Shown here: positions 47,707 to 56,996 of the stretch, one piece after another
Layout of the letters: each line of letters opens with the position of its first letter
Numbering within the stretch: position 1 is the first letter of the stretch
Assembly (NCBI GenBank): GCA_965230955.1
Contig: OZ246404.1
Coordinates: 856,790-920,789 of the forward strand
From: an uncultured Candidatus Saccharibacteria bacterium
Lineage (GTDB): Bacteria > Patescibacteriota > CALEFQ01
Length of the DNA: 64,000 bases
Reading direction: 5' to 3'
The notes under the pieces: generated by a model
Told to the model about the DNA's origin: nothing
Database searches by the model: none
The model's input: the letters and a program-made list of their open reading frames with translations, nothing else
Translations under genes and position numbers: made by a program

Positions 47707-48313
47707 AGTTTTTCCTCCTTGAAAAAAATGATCTCTTTCTGGTCAGCCTTGCTCCTCATGGCCACACAGACATAAATCTTTTTCTTCGAGAAGGGATCAA
47801 CCCACGAAACGAAAAAATTATTTGTTACACCCTTTTCAAATTGAGTCAGGAAAACGATCCGTCCTCAGACTATTGATTGAAAAAACTTTAGTTGTGAAAA
47901 AATGGGAGTAGAACGGTTGGAAAAACATGCTCAAGAAAGCATCCAATAAACAATTGCACATCGGGATATACCCAACTTGACTATGCAAACCGAATCCCCT
48001 TTCGAATATTAGGAAGAAACTTGAAATGCAACCTTGATCTTTCATTTTACACGGATTAGGTTTTATGTCAAGGGTTATTTTACATGAAAAACCGTTCTGC
48101 AAGTGACCGTGCCTTATTCTAGCCATAATCTGATAAAACAGGTGATAAAATCCTTTCTGCTACAGTCTTTTCAGAGGAGATTATAAGCAATTGGAGTATA
48201 GGTTTCTTTTGGCTGAAATAGAGTATCGCACATGGTACACTAAATAACTAGAGTAACATATTTCGCCAAATATGGGACACTAAATTAATAGCAAATATTG
48301 CCTGATACTCTGT

Positions 48314-49399
48314 TTACCCCATAATTCCAACCAGCTTCTTAAACACATATACACTCGGCTTTTGCCCAGAACCTTTTTGAATTCTCTGAAGCACTCCACC
48401 CTTTAGAAGTCTCTCGATAATTCGAATCGAGCTCATCTTAGGAATCCCTGATTTTTTCACAAATTGGGCTGTTGTAAAATACGGGAAACAAAACAAGAAA
48501 TCCAGTGTCTTGATGGCAAACTGCGAGTGAGTAAGACTTTCAATCCGAATTTTTTTTGCATCATAAAGCTCGTGAATGGCTTTGGCCTTTTTGATGTTAA
48601 CCTTTGCCTGTTCAATCACAGCGGTCAGAAAATACTCAATCCAGCCCTCCCAATCCTGGTTTTGCGAAACCGATCTGAGTTTGCGGTAATAGGTCGCTCG
48701 ATCAGCTTCCAAATATTGACTCAAATAAAACGCTGGACTCAGAAGCACTTTTTTATCGTAGAGGAAAAGAGGAATAAGAATTCTTCCCAACCTGCCGTTG
48801 CCATCATTGAACGGATGGATCATTTCAAATTGTGCATGAATGATCGCCAATTGGACCATGAAGTCTTTTTCCGATGAATGGATATACTTTTCAAGGTTGG
48901 ACAGGCAATCCACTATTTTCTCCGGAGATGGAGGTACAAAAGAAGCATTTTCAATTTTAGAGCCAATGGGACCAATCCAATTCTGGGTGGATCTGAAATT
49001 GCCAGGATTTTTATTCTGTCCCCTGACCCCACTTAATAGAATTTGGTGAGTTCCTCGGATGAGACGCAAGCTTAGGGGAAGCTTTTTCATTTCACTAACG
49101 GCGAATGTCAGAGCTTTTCGATAATTAATCACCTCTTGGATATCCCCAAACTTCTCTGTTTTCATCTTGGGATCAGCTTCATATTCGAGCACTTCCTCAA
49201 GTGAAGCTTGGGTTCCTTCGATTTTAGATGAAAGAACTGCTTCTTGGGTTGTGAGGGGTGATAGCAGTACAGCAGGATTCGGAATACTTTGCAGAAGGCC
49301 ATCAAATCTGGCTACTTCCGCATTGGCTTTACCTATCAGATGCACAAACTTGTTCCAGTCAAGCTTCACAGGAAGCTTTTCTGGCTCAAAAGGCTTCAT
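48314..49399 (-). CDS. Fic family protein (class II: inhibitory helix plus C-terminal wHTH)
   Basis: Fic motif HPFNDGNGRLGR. N-terminal SSKIEG matches the [ST]xxxE[GN] inhibitory motif. Confidence 0.85.
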   Translation of the reverse strand: MKPFEPEKLPVKLDWNKFVHLIGKANAEVARFDGLLQSIPNPAVLLSPLTTQEAVLSSKIEGTQASLEEVLEYEADPKMKTEKFGDIQEVINYRKALTFAVSEMKKLPLSLRLIRGTHQILLSGVRGQNKNPGNFRSTQNWIGPIGSKIENASFVPPSPEKIVDCLSNLEKYIHSSEKDFMVQLAIIHAQFEMIHPFNDGNGRLGRILIPLFLYDKKVLLSPAFYLSQYLEADRATYYRKLRSVSQNQDWEGWIEYFLTAVIEQAKVNIKKAKAIHELYDAKKIRIESLTHSQFAIKTLDFLFCFPYFTTAQFVKKSGIPKMSSIRIIERLLKGGVLQRIQKGSGQKPSVYVFKKLVGIMG

Positions 49400-49625
49400 T
49401 TATTTGATAATTTAGTGGTTCACATAGTCAATAATAGACCGTGGGAGAGATTTGAGCAAGACAGGCTCTTAAAAGGACTGCTCATTTTAATATGTAACGC
49501 ATGGGGGGGACAAATTGTACCCCACTTCGAGTTGTCGACAAACTAGCGACAACAGCGGAAATTCATTATCGCAAGACAATTCAAGCGTCCGATTTGATCG
49601 GACAGTTCGATGGACCCAAACACTA

Positions 49626-50144
49626 TCAAAAATACGCAGATCCAATGGAATAGCGCCATCTCTGTTTTTTATCTTGAGCGACGGTAATCTGATCGAGATC
49701 GATGAGCACTTCTCTATCTTCGATGGATAGATTTGAGGAGACCAGGCTTACACCATCAAGCTCCGCGGTAATGCCAAATGATTTACAGAGACTTCCGGGA
49801 AATCTGGTCATATCCCTTGTGTTAAAAACTTCTCCTTCAAAATTCTCCTGCATTATTTCCATCCCATAAAAGGGAGTCGCTTTCCTAATGACTATTGGGC
49901 AGATCGATGATTTTTCACCAACGGCAACCGCGAGCTGGTATTTATTCTTGATGTTGAGGCTAATCAAGGCGGTGCCGGCCTTTCTGTTGTGGATGTGACT
50001 CTTTAGAGTTGGATTGATTTCAACTTCCTCAATCATGGCCGAAAGCGGTCCTTTTGATGAATTATGTACCAGATACTTCCCCAAAAGATTTCGGGCTGCG
50101 ATTTGGGGTGAGAGTTGATAGAACTCTTCTTTTAATGTGCTCAT
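49626..50144 (-). CDS. Hypothetical protein, possibly a 3-methyladenine DNA glycosylase (Mpg)-like fold
   Basis: N-terminal LLGKYLVH resembles the Mpg hallmark. The rest is too diverged to be sure. Confidence 0.3.
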   Translation of the reverse strand: MSTLKEEFYQLSPQIAARNLLGKYLVHNSSKGPLSAMIEEVEINPTLKSHIHNRKAGTALISLNIKNKYQLAVAVGEKSSICPIVIRKATPFYGMEIMQENFEGEVFNTRDMTRFPGSLCKSFGITAELDGVSLVSSNLSIEDREVLIDLDQITVAQDKKQRWRYSIGSAYF

Positions 50145-50396
50145 AATATAATGGGTTAATCTCTATTTCCAGAGTATCGAACCCGAGCAAAGAGCAAAAC
50201 CAATATTTTGTCTGAGTAGTAAAAAACCTGTGGATTGTATAAATCGATTCAAACTTGAGGTTGCGCTAAGTTAAGCTAAAATCGAGAAAGGGCAAAAGAC
50301 GTTAGAACCTCTCCATAGAAACAGAAAACCGCTTGGTTAAGCGGTTTGTTCGTGATTATAAGGCAAATTTTAAATCAAGGTTCTGAAATTCTGCTC

Positions 50397-50472
50397 TGGC
50401 TCCCCGGGCTGGACTCGAACCAGCGACATCCTCGTTAACAGCGAGGCGCTCTACCGACTGAGCTACCGGGGA
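50397..50472 (-). tRNA. tRNA-Asn (GTT)
   Basis: Cloverleaf read from the reverse strand. Acceptor TCCCCGG/CCGGGGA. D-arm GCTC-AGTCGGTA-GAGC. Anticodon loop CTGTTAA. T-arm GCTGG-TTCGAGT-CCAGC. Encoded CCA. Confidence 0.85.
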
Positions 50473-50540
50473 ATAATCAATAAGAATATTAAGATGTTAA
50501 GAGTATTAAGAAAATTAAGAGTTTGGAGAAATGAAGTAAA

Positions 50541-50918
50541 TCAGAGAGTACTGCGAACCTTGTTAATCATAGAAGCGACAATACGCGTGATTTGCTCGCT
50601 CTCAGATAATAGTTCTTCCAAGTGGCCATTGTCAACCATTTCCAGTTTCTTTAATATATCGAGCCAATACATCGTTTCATTCGCTTCTTTCAAAGCAATG
50701 GTGGCCGAACTAAGAAAATCTTTTTTAGAGCGATTAATCCTGGCTTCGGTCAGATTTGATCCGATTGATCCGGCCGATCTAATCACCTGATCACCCACTG
50801 AAAATTTCACCGATCCCGGCGGCAAACTACCAATTATTCTAACCACTGCTACTGTCAATCGCTTAGACCTTTCAACGATGTCATTTTCTTTTGAATATTG
50901 ACAATATACCCTCCTCAT
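50541..50918 (-). CDS. Four-helix-bundle protein (TIGR02436-like)
   Basis: ~120-aa all-helical protein with the conserved SIGSNLTEA-type motif. Confidence 0.55.
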   Translation of the reverse strand: MRRVYCQYSKENDIVERSKRLTVAVVRIIGSLPPGSVKFSVGDQVIRSAGSIGSNLTEARINRSKKDFLSSATIALKEANETMYWLDILKKLEMVDNGHLEELLSESEQITRIVASMINKVRSTL

Positions 50919-50968
50919 ATTTCCCTCCTCTTAATTCTCTTAATATCTTAATATTCTTAATATCTTTT

Positions 50969-52264
50969 TTAATAATCTTTCAGTCGTTTGACTTCAATAT
51001 TTTCGCGAATCTTCTCCAGCGCTTTGGCCTCAATCTGGCGAATGCGCTCGCGGGTGACGCCGAATTCCTGACCGACTTCTTCCAACGTGTGAGCCACGCC
51101 ATCAATCAACCCAAAACGCATTTCCAGAATCTTTTGCTCGCGCGGCAGTAAGTAATGCAAAATTTTCTGGACGTGGTCGCGCAAAAGTTGCCGTCCGGCG
51201 GAAGTCGAAGGCGAAACCGTTTTGACGTCTTCAATGAAATCACCGAGTGTGCTGTCGTCTTCATCATCGCCGACAGAAGTTTCCAGCGACACGGTATCTT
51301 GGTTGATCTTGATAATATGACGCACTTTGTCTACCGGCATATCCATTTCCGCCGCGATTTCCTCCGGTAACGGCTCGCGTCCCAAATCCTGGACCAACCG
51401 CCGCGAGATCTGCATATATTTATTGATCGTCTCCACCATATGGACGGGAATGCGAATAGTACGTGACTGGTCAGCCAACGCGCGAGTAATCGCCTGGCGA
51501 ATCCACCAAGTGGCGTAAGTGGAAAATTTATAGCCCTTGCGGTAATCGAATTTTTCCACGGCGCGGAACAAACCGATATTGCCTTCCTGGATCAAATCCA
51601 GCAAAGTCAATCCGCCACGTCCGACATATTTTTTGGCGATACTGACCACCAAACGCAAATTGGCCTCGATCAATTGTTGCTTGGCCTTGGGATCATGCTT
51701 TTCATTGAGCTTGGCCAAAGAAACTTCCTGTTCGCCCGTCAGGAGCGAGACGCGCCCGATCTCCCGCAAATACATCTGAACCGAATCGGCCGAAAGGTTG
51801 GCGACATCTTCCGGATCTTCTCGGCGCACTCCGAGCAGAGTTTCCTTTTCTTCTCTTTCTTGTTCTTGTCGTTCGGCGACCGGGATGGATTTTTTTGTCT
51901 CCAGCACTTCAATGCCCAATTCATCGAATTTACCCAAAACACCTTCCAGTTTGTCGATATTGGTCTCGGCCTCTGGAACAGCCGCCAGCACCTCGTCTTC
52001 GGTCACAAAACCTTGTTCTTTCCCTTTGCTCAGCAAATAAGACAGCGTCACCGAGGGCGCCGCCATGGCCGCTTTTTTCTTTTCCAGTACCAAAAATTCT
52101 TTTCGGGATTTTTCCGTCCGCTCGGATTTCGGCTTCTTCTTGCCGGTCGGACGTTTGGGCCGCGCGATTTTTTTGTTTTTGGAAACGCGCTTTGTTTTGG
52201 AGCTAATCTTTTTCGCTTTTTTCGCGGCCGGTTTTTTATTTGCTTTCTTTTTTTTGGAAGCCAT
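50969..52264 (-). CDS. rpoD: RNA polymerase primary sigma factor RpoD with Lys-rich N-terminal extension
   Basis: Regions 1.2 through 4 are intact ([55 protein letters not shown]). The start was set at the internal Met ([11 protein letters not shown]) to avoid overlap with dnaG. Confidence 0.9.
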   Translation of the reverse strand: MASKKKKANKKPAAKKAKKISSKTKRVSKNKKIARPKRPTGKKKPKSERTEKSRKEFLVLEKKKAAMAAPSVTLSYLLSKGKEQGFVTEDEVLAAVPEAETNIDKLEGVLGKFDELGIEVLETKKSIPVAERQEQEREEKETLLGVRREDPEDVANLSADSVQMYLREIGRVSLLTGEQEVSLAKLNEKHDPKAKQQLIEANLRLVVSIAKKYVGRGGLTLLDLIQEGNIGLFRAVEKFDYRKGYKFSTYATWWIRQAITRALADQSRTIRIPVHMVETINKYMQISRRLVQDLGREPLPEEIAAEMDMPVDKVRHIIKINQDTVSLETSVGDDEDDSTLGDFIEDVKTVSPSTSAGRQLLRDHVQKILHYLLPREQKILEMRFGLIDGVAHTLEEVGQEFGVTRERIRQIEAKALEKIRENIEVKRLKDY

Positions 52265-52274
52265 ATAAATATAC

Positions 52275-54074
52275 TTAGCGTTGATTAATTTCTTTTTCCA
52301 AATTCTGCAGCTCGGCCGACCGCCGAGAAAATTCCGAAGACCAGTGTTCGATATCATTCACCTGGCTTTTTGATTCCGCCTGAAAAATTTGCCCACTGAT
52401 GTCCTGCAGTTTTTGCTTGAGATAACGCCGCTTCAGCAGGCGTAGGCAAATTCGCAATTCCGCGCTCAAGGTTTCCACATCGACATCCTGGAAATCCTGT
52501 TCCACCTGAAATACCAGCTGCTTGGCGAAAGCTTCTTCTGCCGGATCGGCTTTCTTCAGTTGCAGTAATAATTCCGCTTCTGTTTTCCAGCGCTCAGAGT
52601 TGTATTGGGTTTCCAGGCGGGAATATAATTTCCGAATTTTTTCATCAACTAAATATTCCGAATCAAAATGATCAAGGAGGTATTCCATTTCAGCCGGCAA
52701 ACGGATCAGCAGTCCGAGCAGTCGGTTTTCCAGCGCCGCGGCTCCGGAAATTTTTTCGGGCGTCGCCGGATCGACCGGCGGACGCCGATCGCGAACGGGA
52801 TTGGCGACAGGCAGTTTGCTGATCGACGCCTGTAGAGTATCCGTCGGAACGGCGATAATTTTAGCCAGCCGCTCCAGATAATGGTATTGCTCCACGTTAT
52901 TATCAATACGCTTAATCACCGGCAATAATTCCGCCGCCATTTTTTTCTTGTCAGTCACCTTGGCCGGATCGCGCCCGCGTCGAGCCGTCTCAAAAAAATA
53001 CTCCATAATCGGCCGCTGGTCGGCAATCGCCTGTTTCCAAGCCGCCGGGTTTTTTACCGCCAGATCTCCCGGATCTTTTTCCGCCGGCAATTTAATGACC
53101 GTGACGTTAAATCCGCGCTGTAAGGCCAGATCTATCCCGCGCCGAGTGGCCAGATCACCAGCCAAATCCATATCGAAGGCCAGGGCGATATTCTTCGTAT
53201 AACGTTTCAGAAGTTCCAGATGCCCGTCAGTCAGAGCCGTGCCGGAAGAAGCTACGACGTTTTTCACTCCGCTCTGATGAGAAGCCAGAATATCGGTGTA
53301 GCCTTCCACTATAATGGCCTGTTGCGCCGTCCGAATGGCCGAGCGCGCCGCCGATAAGCCGTATAAAATCCAACTTTTATGATAAATTTCGGTTTCGGGC
53401 GTATTCAGATATTTGGCTCCCTGATCGTCGTTCCGTAAAACGCGGCCGCCAAAACCGACCACATCGCCGTGCACATTTTTGATCGGAAACATCAGGCGCC
53501 CGCGGAAACGATCATAATATCCGCCGCGGTCTTTACGGACCGTCAAACCGGCCGCAAAAATATCATCATCGGTATAATTACGTTTTTTCAAGAAAGTACT
53601 GAGAATATCCCAGGAATTCGGGCTATAGCCGATAGAAAATTCCTCGATCGTCTGGGCATTAAATTGCCTTTTGGCAAAATAATCCCGGGCTATTTTGGCT
53701 TCATGACTTTTCAGAAATGCCTGGTGAAAATATTTTGCCGCGAGGTTGTTGATCTCGTATAATTTATTTTTGCGCGACCAGGCTTCGGGATTGCGCGGTT
53801 TAATTTCGATCCCTGCTTTTTGAGCCAGCGTGCGCAAAGCCTCACCGAATTCCATCCCCTCTTTTTCCATAATAAAAGTAAAAATGTCGCCGCCCTTCCC
53901 GCAACCGAAACAGTGCCAGATCTGCTTGTCCGGGCTGACCATGAAGGATGGAGATTTTTCTTGGTGAAAAGGACAAGGCGCCTTGAAATTAGTGCCGGAT
54001 TTTTTGAGCAGCAAGTACTCGCTGATGAGATCAACGATATCGAGGCGCTCTTTTATTTGGTCGCGTTCGTCCAT
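52275..54074 (-). CDS. dnaG: DNA primase DnaG
   Basis: Zinc ribbon [13 protein letters not shown]...[14 protein letters not shown] region EGYTD...D. The start was set at [18 protein letters not shown], a typical DnaG N-terminus. Confidence 0.9.
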   Translation of the reverse strand: MDERDQIKERLDIVDLISEYLLLKKSGTNFKAPCPFHQEKSPSFMVSPDKQIWHCFGCGKGGDIFTFIMEKEGMEFGEALRTLAQKAGIEIKPRNPEAWSRKNKLYEINNLAAKYFHQAFLKSHEAKIARDYFAKRQFNAQTIEEFSIGYSPNSWDILSTFLKKRNYTDDDIFAAGLTVRKDRGGYYDRFRGRLMFPIKNVHGDVVGFGGRVLRNDDQGAKYLNTPETEIYHKSWILYGLSAARSAIRTAQQAIIVEGYTDILASHQSGVKNVVASSGTALTDGHLELLKRYTKNIALAFDMDLAGDLATRRGIDLALQRGFNVTVIKLPAEKDPGDLAVKNPAAWKQAIADQRPIMEYFFETARRGRDPAKVTDKKKMAAELLPVIKRIDNNVEQYHYLERLAKIIAVPTDTLQASISKLPVANPVRDRRPPVDPATPEKISGAAALENRLLGLLIRLPAEMEYLLDHFDSEYLVDEKIRKLYSRLETQYNSERWKTEAELLLQLKKADPAEEAFAKQLVFQVEQDFQDVDVETLSAELRICLRLLKRRYLKQKLQDISGQIFQAESKSQVNDIEHWSSEFSRRSAELQNLEKEINQR

Positions 54075-54080
54075 CGATGG

Positions 54081-54154
54081 GTCTTTAGTCTTTGGTCTAT
54101 AGTCTTTGGCCCGAAATAACAAAGGCTAAAGACCAAAGACAAAAGACTAAAGAC
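54081..54154. repeat. Long imperfect palindrome built from AAAGAC heptads, immediately 5' of the dnaG start
   Basis: Left arm GTCTTTAGTCTTTGGTCTATAGTCTTTGGCC, a 12-nt loop, and right arm GGCTAAAGACCAAAGACAAAAGACTAAAGAC (~26/31 complementary). Confidence 0.6.
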
Positions 54155-54260
54155 TTTAGAATAAAATAATCGCCAAAATCACCAGCACGATGACCGGGAT
54201 CAAGAGCAGTCCCCAATTTTTTAGTAAACGCGGCATTAATTAGTCGTTAGTTGCTATTCG

Positions 54261-54375
54261 TCGGTCGATGAATCGTATCTGGCCGTGCCAGATGAAGTCT
54301 CGATCGATTAATCGTGTCTGGCAGTGCCAGACAAAGCTCGGTCGATGAATCATGTCTGGCTGTGCCAGACGAAGC
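54261..54375. repeat. Three tandem ~38-bp repeats, each containing the palindrome TCTGGCnGTGCCAGA
   Basis: Units at 54261, 54300 and 54338. The same palindrome recurs downstream of each tRNA-Pro, at 54702 and 54941. Confidence 0.7.
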
Positions 54376-54413
54376 TCGCCTCTGGCGAGCGTAGTCTGGT
54401 CGGGGATGAGGGA
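54371..54413. repeat. 43-bp direct repeat, copy 1 (tRNA-Pro 3' end plus downstream hairpin)
   Basis: GAAGCTCGCCTCTGGCGAGCGTAGTCTGGTCGGGGATGAGGGA, identical to 54745-54787. Confidence 0.8.
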
Positions 54414-54417
54414 CTGA

Positions 54418-54684
54418 CTACGCTCTGCTGCGCAGAGCTTCGTCAGTTAAAATTCGCTTCCATAAAACAGCTTTCCCGGAACCCGCTTTAAAATATTTCT
54501 CCAACTTTCTAGCGGTATACTCTCGAGGAACGGCGATATATGCAATTACTTTCCACGGGCGTTCTGCTTTCGTCGATATATTCAACCCAGCATTATGCTC
54601 GGAAAATCTTCGTGCAAGATTGTTTGTCGAACCAATATAAATCCGATTAGTCTGGCAACTTTTTATTATATAAACAAACCACAT
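54418..54684 (-). CDS. GIY-YIG nuclease-domain small protein
   Basis: From the internal Met: MWFVYIIKSCQTNRIYIGSTNNLARRFSEHN. SD GGAGG upstream. The ORF track extends it upstream through the tRNA, which is implausible. Confidence 0.7.
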   Translation of the reverse strand: MWFVYIIKSCQTNRIYIGSTNNLARRFSEHNAGLNISTKAERPWKVIAYIAVPREYTARKLEKYFKAGSGKAVLWKRILTDEALRSRA

Positions 54685-54744
54685 TTCCCCTCCTATTTTA
54701 GTTGATTGTCTGGCCGTGCCAGACGCCTGCCTGCCGGCAGGCAG

Positions 54745-54787
54745 GAAGCTCGCCTCTGGCGAGCGTAGTCTGGTCGGGGATGAGGGA
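54745..54787. repeat. 43-bp direct repeat, copy 2 (overlaps the 3' end of tRNA-Pro GGG)
   Basis: Identical to 54371-54413. Confidence 0.8.
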
Positions 54788-54847
54788 TTCGCACCCTCGA
54801 TCTCCTGCACCCCATGCAGGCGCCTTGGGCTACTGGGCCAATCCCCG
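54771..54847 (-). tRNA. tRNA-Pro (GGG)
   Basis: Reverse-strand cloverleaf. Acceptor CGGGGAT/ATCCCCG. Anticodon stem CCTGC/GCAGG with loop ATGGGGT. T-arm GAGGG-TGCGAAT-CCCTC. Encoded CCA. Confidence 0.8.
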
Positions 54848-55003
54848 ACTACGCTTGTGCTTCGCACAAGCTTCGTCGGGCGGGCCCGCTAAGACCCGTC
54901 CGACGAATGGAAAATACCAAATTGTAAAATTGATTCCTGTGCCTGGCCGTGCCAGACGCCTGCCTGCCGGCAGGCAGGAAGCTCGCCTCTGGCGAGCGTA
55001 GTC

Positions 55004-55080
55004 TGGTCGGGGTGGTGGGATTCGCACCCACGATCTCTGCGACCCGAACGCAGCGCCTTGGACTACTGGGCCACACCCCG
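55004..55080 (-). tRNA. tRNA-Pro (CGG)
   Basis: Reverse-strand cloverleaf. Acceptor CGGGGTG/CACCCCG. Anticodon loop TTCGGGT. T-arm GTGGG-TGCGAAT-CCCAC. CCA. Confidence 0.8.
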
Positions 55081-55284
55081 ACTACGCTTGTGCTTCGCAC
55101 AAGCTTCGTCAGGCGGGCCCGAATCGAGGCCTGACCAAGGAAGCTCACACGAAAATCGTTACTCTAATTGTAAAATTCGTTTTAGGATATTAAGAACCTA
55201 TTGGCCGCAGGCCATACGAAGCCTTGAGCGTAGCGAAAGGCGAAGTATGGCCTGCCAGACGAAGCTCGCGAAGCGAGCGTAGTC

Positions 55285-55374
55285 TGGCGGAGAGGGTGAG
55301 ATTCGAACTCACGAGGCCTTTACAGACCTACGGCTTTTCGAGAGCCGCGCCTTCAACCACTCGGCCACCTCTCC
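55285..55374 (-). tRNA. tRNA-Ser (CGA)
   Basis: 90-nt type II tRNA. Acceptor GGAGAGG/CCTCTCC. Anticodon loop CTCGAAA. Long variable arm. T-arm GTGAG-TTCGAAT-CTCAC. CCA. Confidence 0.8.
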
Positions 55375-55592
55375 AAATAGTATTTGGTCACTTGTCGTTG
55401 GTCTTGTGAAGACCATCCATCTTTTTACCAACTTCTTAACAATTTGGCACTACCATAACACCAAAATAGCCTGAAGCAACTGTTTAGGCCGCGTGGCACA
55501 GTTTAGCACTGGAAATTAAATACGTCTACCTTTTTACACAGTAAAACAGGCTTTGTGTCAAAACAACTCTAATTTCTAATATAGCCGCTAAA

Positions 55593-56228
55593 CTAGTCCT
55601 GAATGTTTACAATTTGGGCATTTTCCACCCGATCACCTTCTGCATGTGGATCAGATATAACGGTATAAATCGTCGGCACTGCAACCGGATTGGCGGTGCC
55701 AGCCGGAGGGTAATACTCCAACTGCACTTGATAGCATTGTATCCCCAATGAAGCCGATACCATTGGACATTTTGTTTGATCAGCCACGTCACTCATACCA
55801 GTAACCTGAATACAGCCGACATTATTGGTGAAAAAGTCGGTGAAGTTCTGCTTGGTTGTACCGGATTGTGAAGAATATCGAGCCAGCGCATCATCAGCCA
55901 GCATGGCGAAAGCCGTGTCATAATTTTTGTGATCAATCGCGTCAAAATACTTCAGCAATGCTTGGTGCAACGCATTGGAAGAACCGTAGCTTGGCTTGGT
56001 CAATTTACAAGCAGTGTCGGTCGGCGAGACAGTAGCCGTAGGAGTTAGAGTGGCTGAAACTTCGACTTGGTTCCCGCTCGTGCCGGCGGTTTCATTGGCC
56101 GGACGAATCGAGTCCGTCGTATTGTTTCCGACAGTGCAATTACAACCGGCACCGGTCATAACAAAAATCAAAGCCAAGCCTAGGATAAAGGTCGCGACTA
56201 CGCTTCCTTTGTTTTTAATTTTTTTCAT
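55593..56228 (-). CDS. Putative lipoprotein
   Basis: Signal peptide with lipobox LIFVMTGAGC. Thr/Ser-rich linker. Confidence 0.5.
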   Translation of the reverse strand: MKKIKNKGSVVATFILGLALIFVMTGAGCNCTVGNNTTDSIRPANETAGTSGNQVEVSATLTPTATVSPTDTACKLTKPSYGSSNALHQALLKYFDAIDHKNYDTAFAMLADDALARYSSQSGTTKQNFTDFFTNNVGCIQVTGMSDVADQTKCPMVSASLGIQCYQVQLEYYPPAGTANPVAVPTIYTVISDPHAEGDRVENAQIVNIQD

Positions 56229-56315
56229 AATTTTATTTTTATTGATAAAATTTGATCTGCCGATAATCAACCGGCGGAGGGTTTTTCTTTTTGGCGAATA
56301 ATTTATTCATTGTTA

Positions 56316-56951
56316 CTAGCGTACAATGATTTCTTCTTCGGCGCTTTTCAGCGAAACGATACTGTCTTGATTGAACGCGATGTGATTATCAGAGTCCGCT
56401 CCGCGCACAACTTTGATATAAAGCTCGTCATTCTGGCCGATCAGCAAATGCGGGACATAGAATTTACCTTGGCAAGTATATCCCACCGGATCACTGGCGG
56501 GCGAAATATTGGGCAAAGTAATAATTTGTTTCTCCAGCATACTGGGATTGTCTTTGTTCGACGGCAAGCCGTAATAAACCGTAAACTTGGCGTCAAAGCC
56601 ACGTCCCCCGCTGGCTCGATTGGTCGCCAAAGCTTCCATTTCCACTTCAATCAAAGAACCGGTTGCCGGAATACCTTTTAACGTCCATTCCGCAGATTGC
56701 TTTAGCGCCGAATCTCGCAACCAATACCAGCCACTGATCGGATCGCCGGTGGAAGAAAATGTCAAAACGTTGTTGGTTTTGTTGGTCGTCACCACGGGAG
56801 TCGGGGTCGGCACCACCGCGGCGGTCGTCTCGAACTTTTCTATCTCATTGACCACATCGCGCAACGAAATTCCGCCTTCCCGTTTGACACAGCCGCTGAA
56901 CGCGACCAGGGCGAAAACAAAGATAAAAGCAATCGCTAAGAACTTTTTCAT
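56316..56951 (-). CDS. Putative lipoprotein
   Basis: MKKFLAIAFIFVFALVAFSGC lipobox. Confidence 0.5.
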   Translation of the reverse strand: MKKFLAIAFIFVFALVAFSGCVKREGGISLRDVVNEIEKFETTAAVVPTPTPVVTTNKTNNVLTFSSTGDPISGWYWLRDSALKQSAEWTLKGIPATGSLIEVEMEALATNRASGGRGFDAKFTVYYGLPSNKDNPSMLEKQIITLPNISPASDPVGYTCQGKFYVPHLLIGQNDELYIKVVRGADSDNHIAFNQDSIVSLKSAEEEIIVR

Positions 56952-56996
56952 GTTGGTATTTTTAATTTTAAATACTGTCAAAATAATTGCGGCCGA

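Noticed and set aside
47836-48126. 96-aa minus-strand ORF in the 600-bp gap between the small ORF and fic
   Set aside because: Unusual Cys/Phe-rich composition with no start context. The region looks like decayed non-coding DNA with short direct repeats (GTACACTAAAT and GGACACTAAAT).
54156-54236. 26-aa hydrophobic peptide ORF (MPRLLKNWGLLLIPVIVLVILAIILF) just upstream of the dnaG palindrome
   Set aside because: It is too short and lacks a convincing SD. It could be a real membrane micropeptide, but the evidence is insufficient.
54849-55148. ORFs of 60-100 aa across the tRNA-Pro/Pro/Ser array
   Set aside because: These are frames through tRNA genes and their GC-rich hairpin flanks, so they are not coding.
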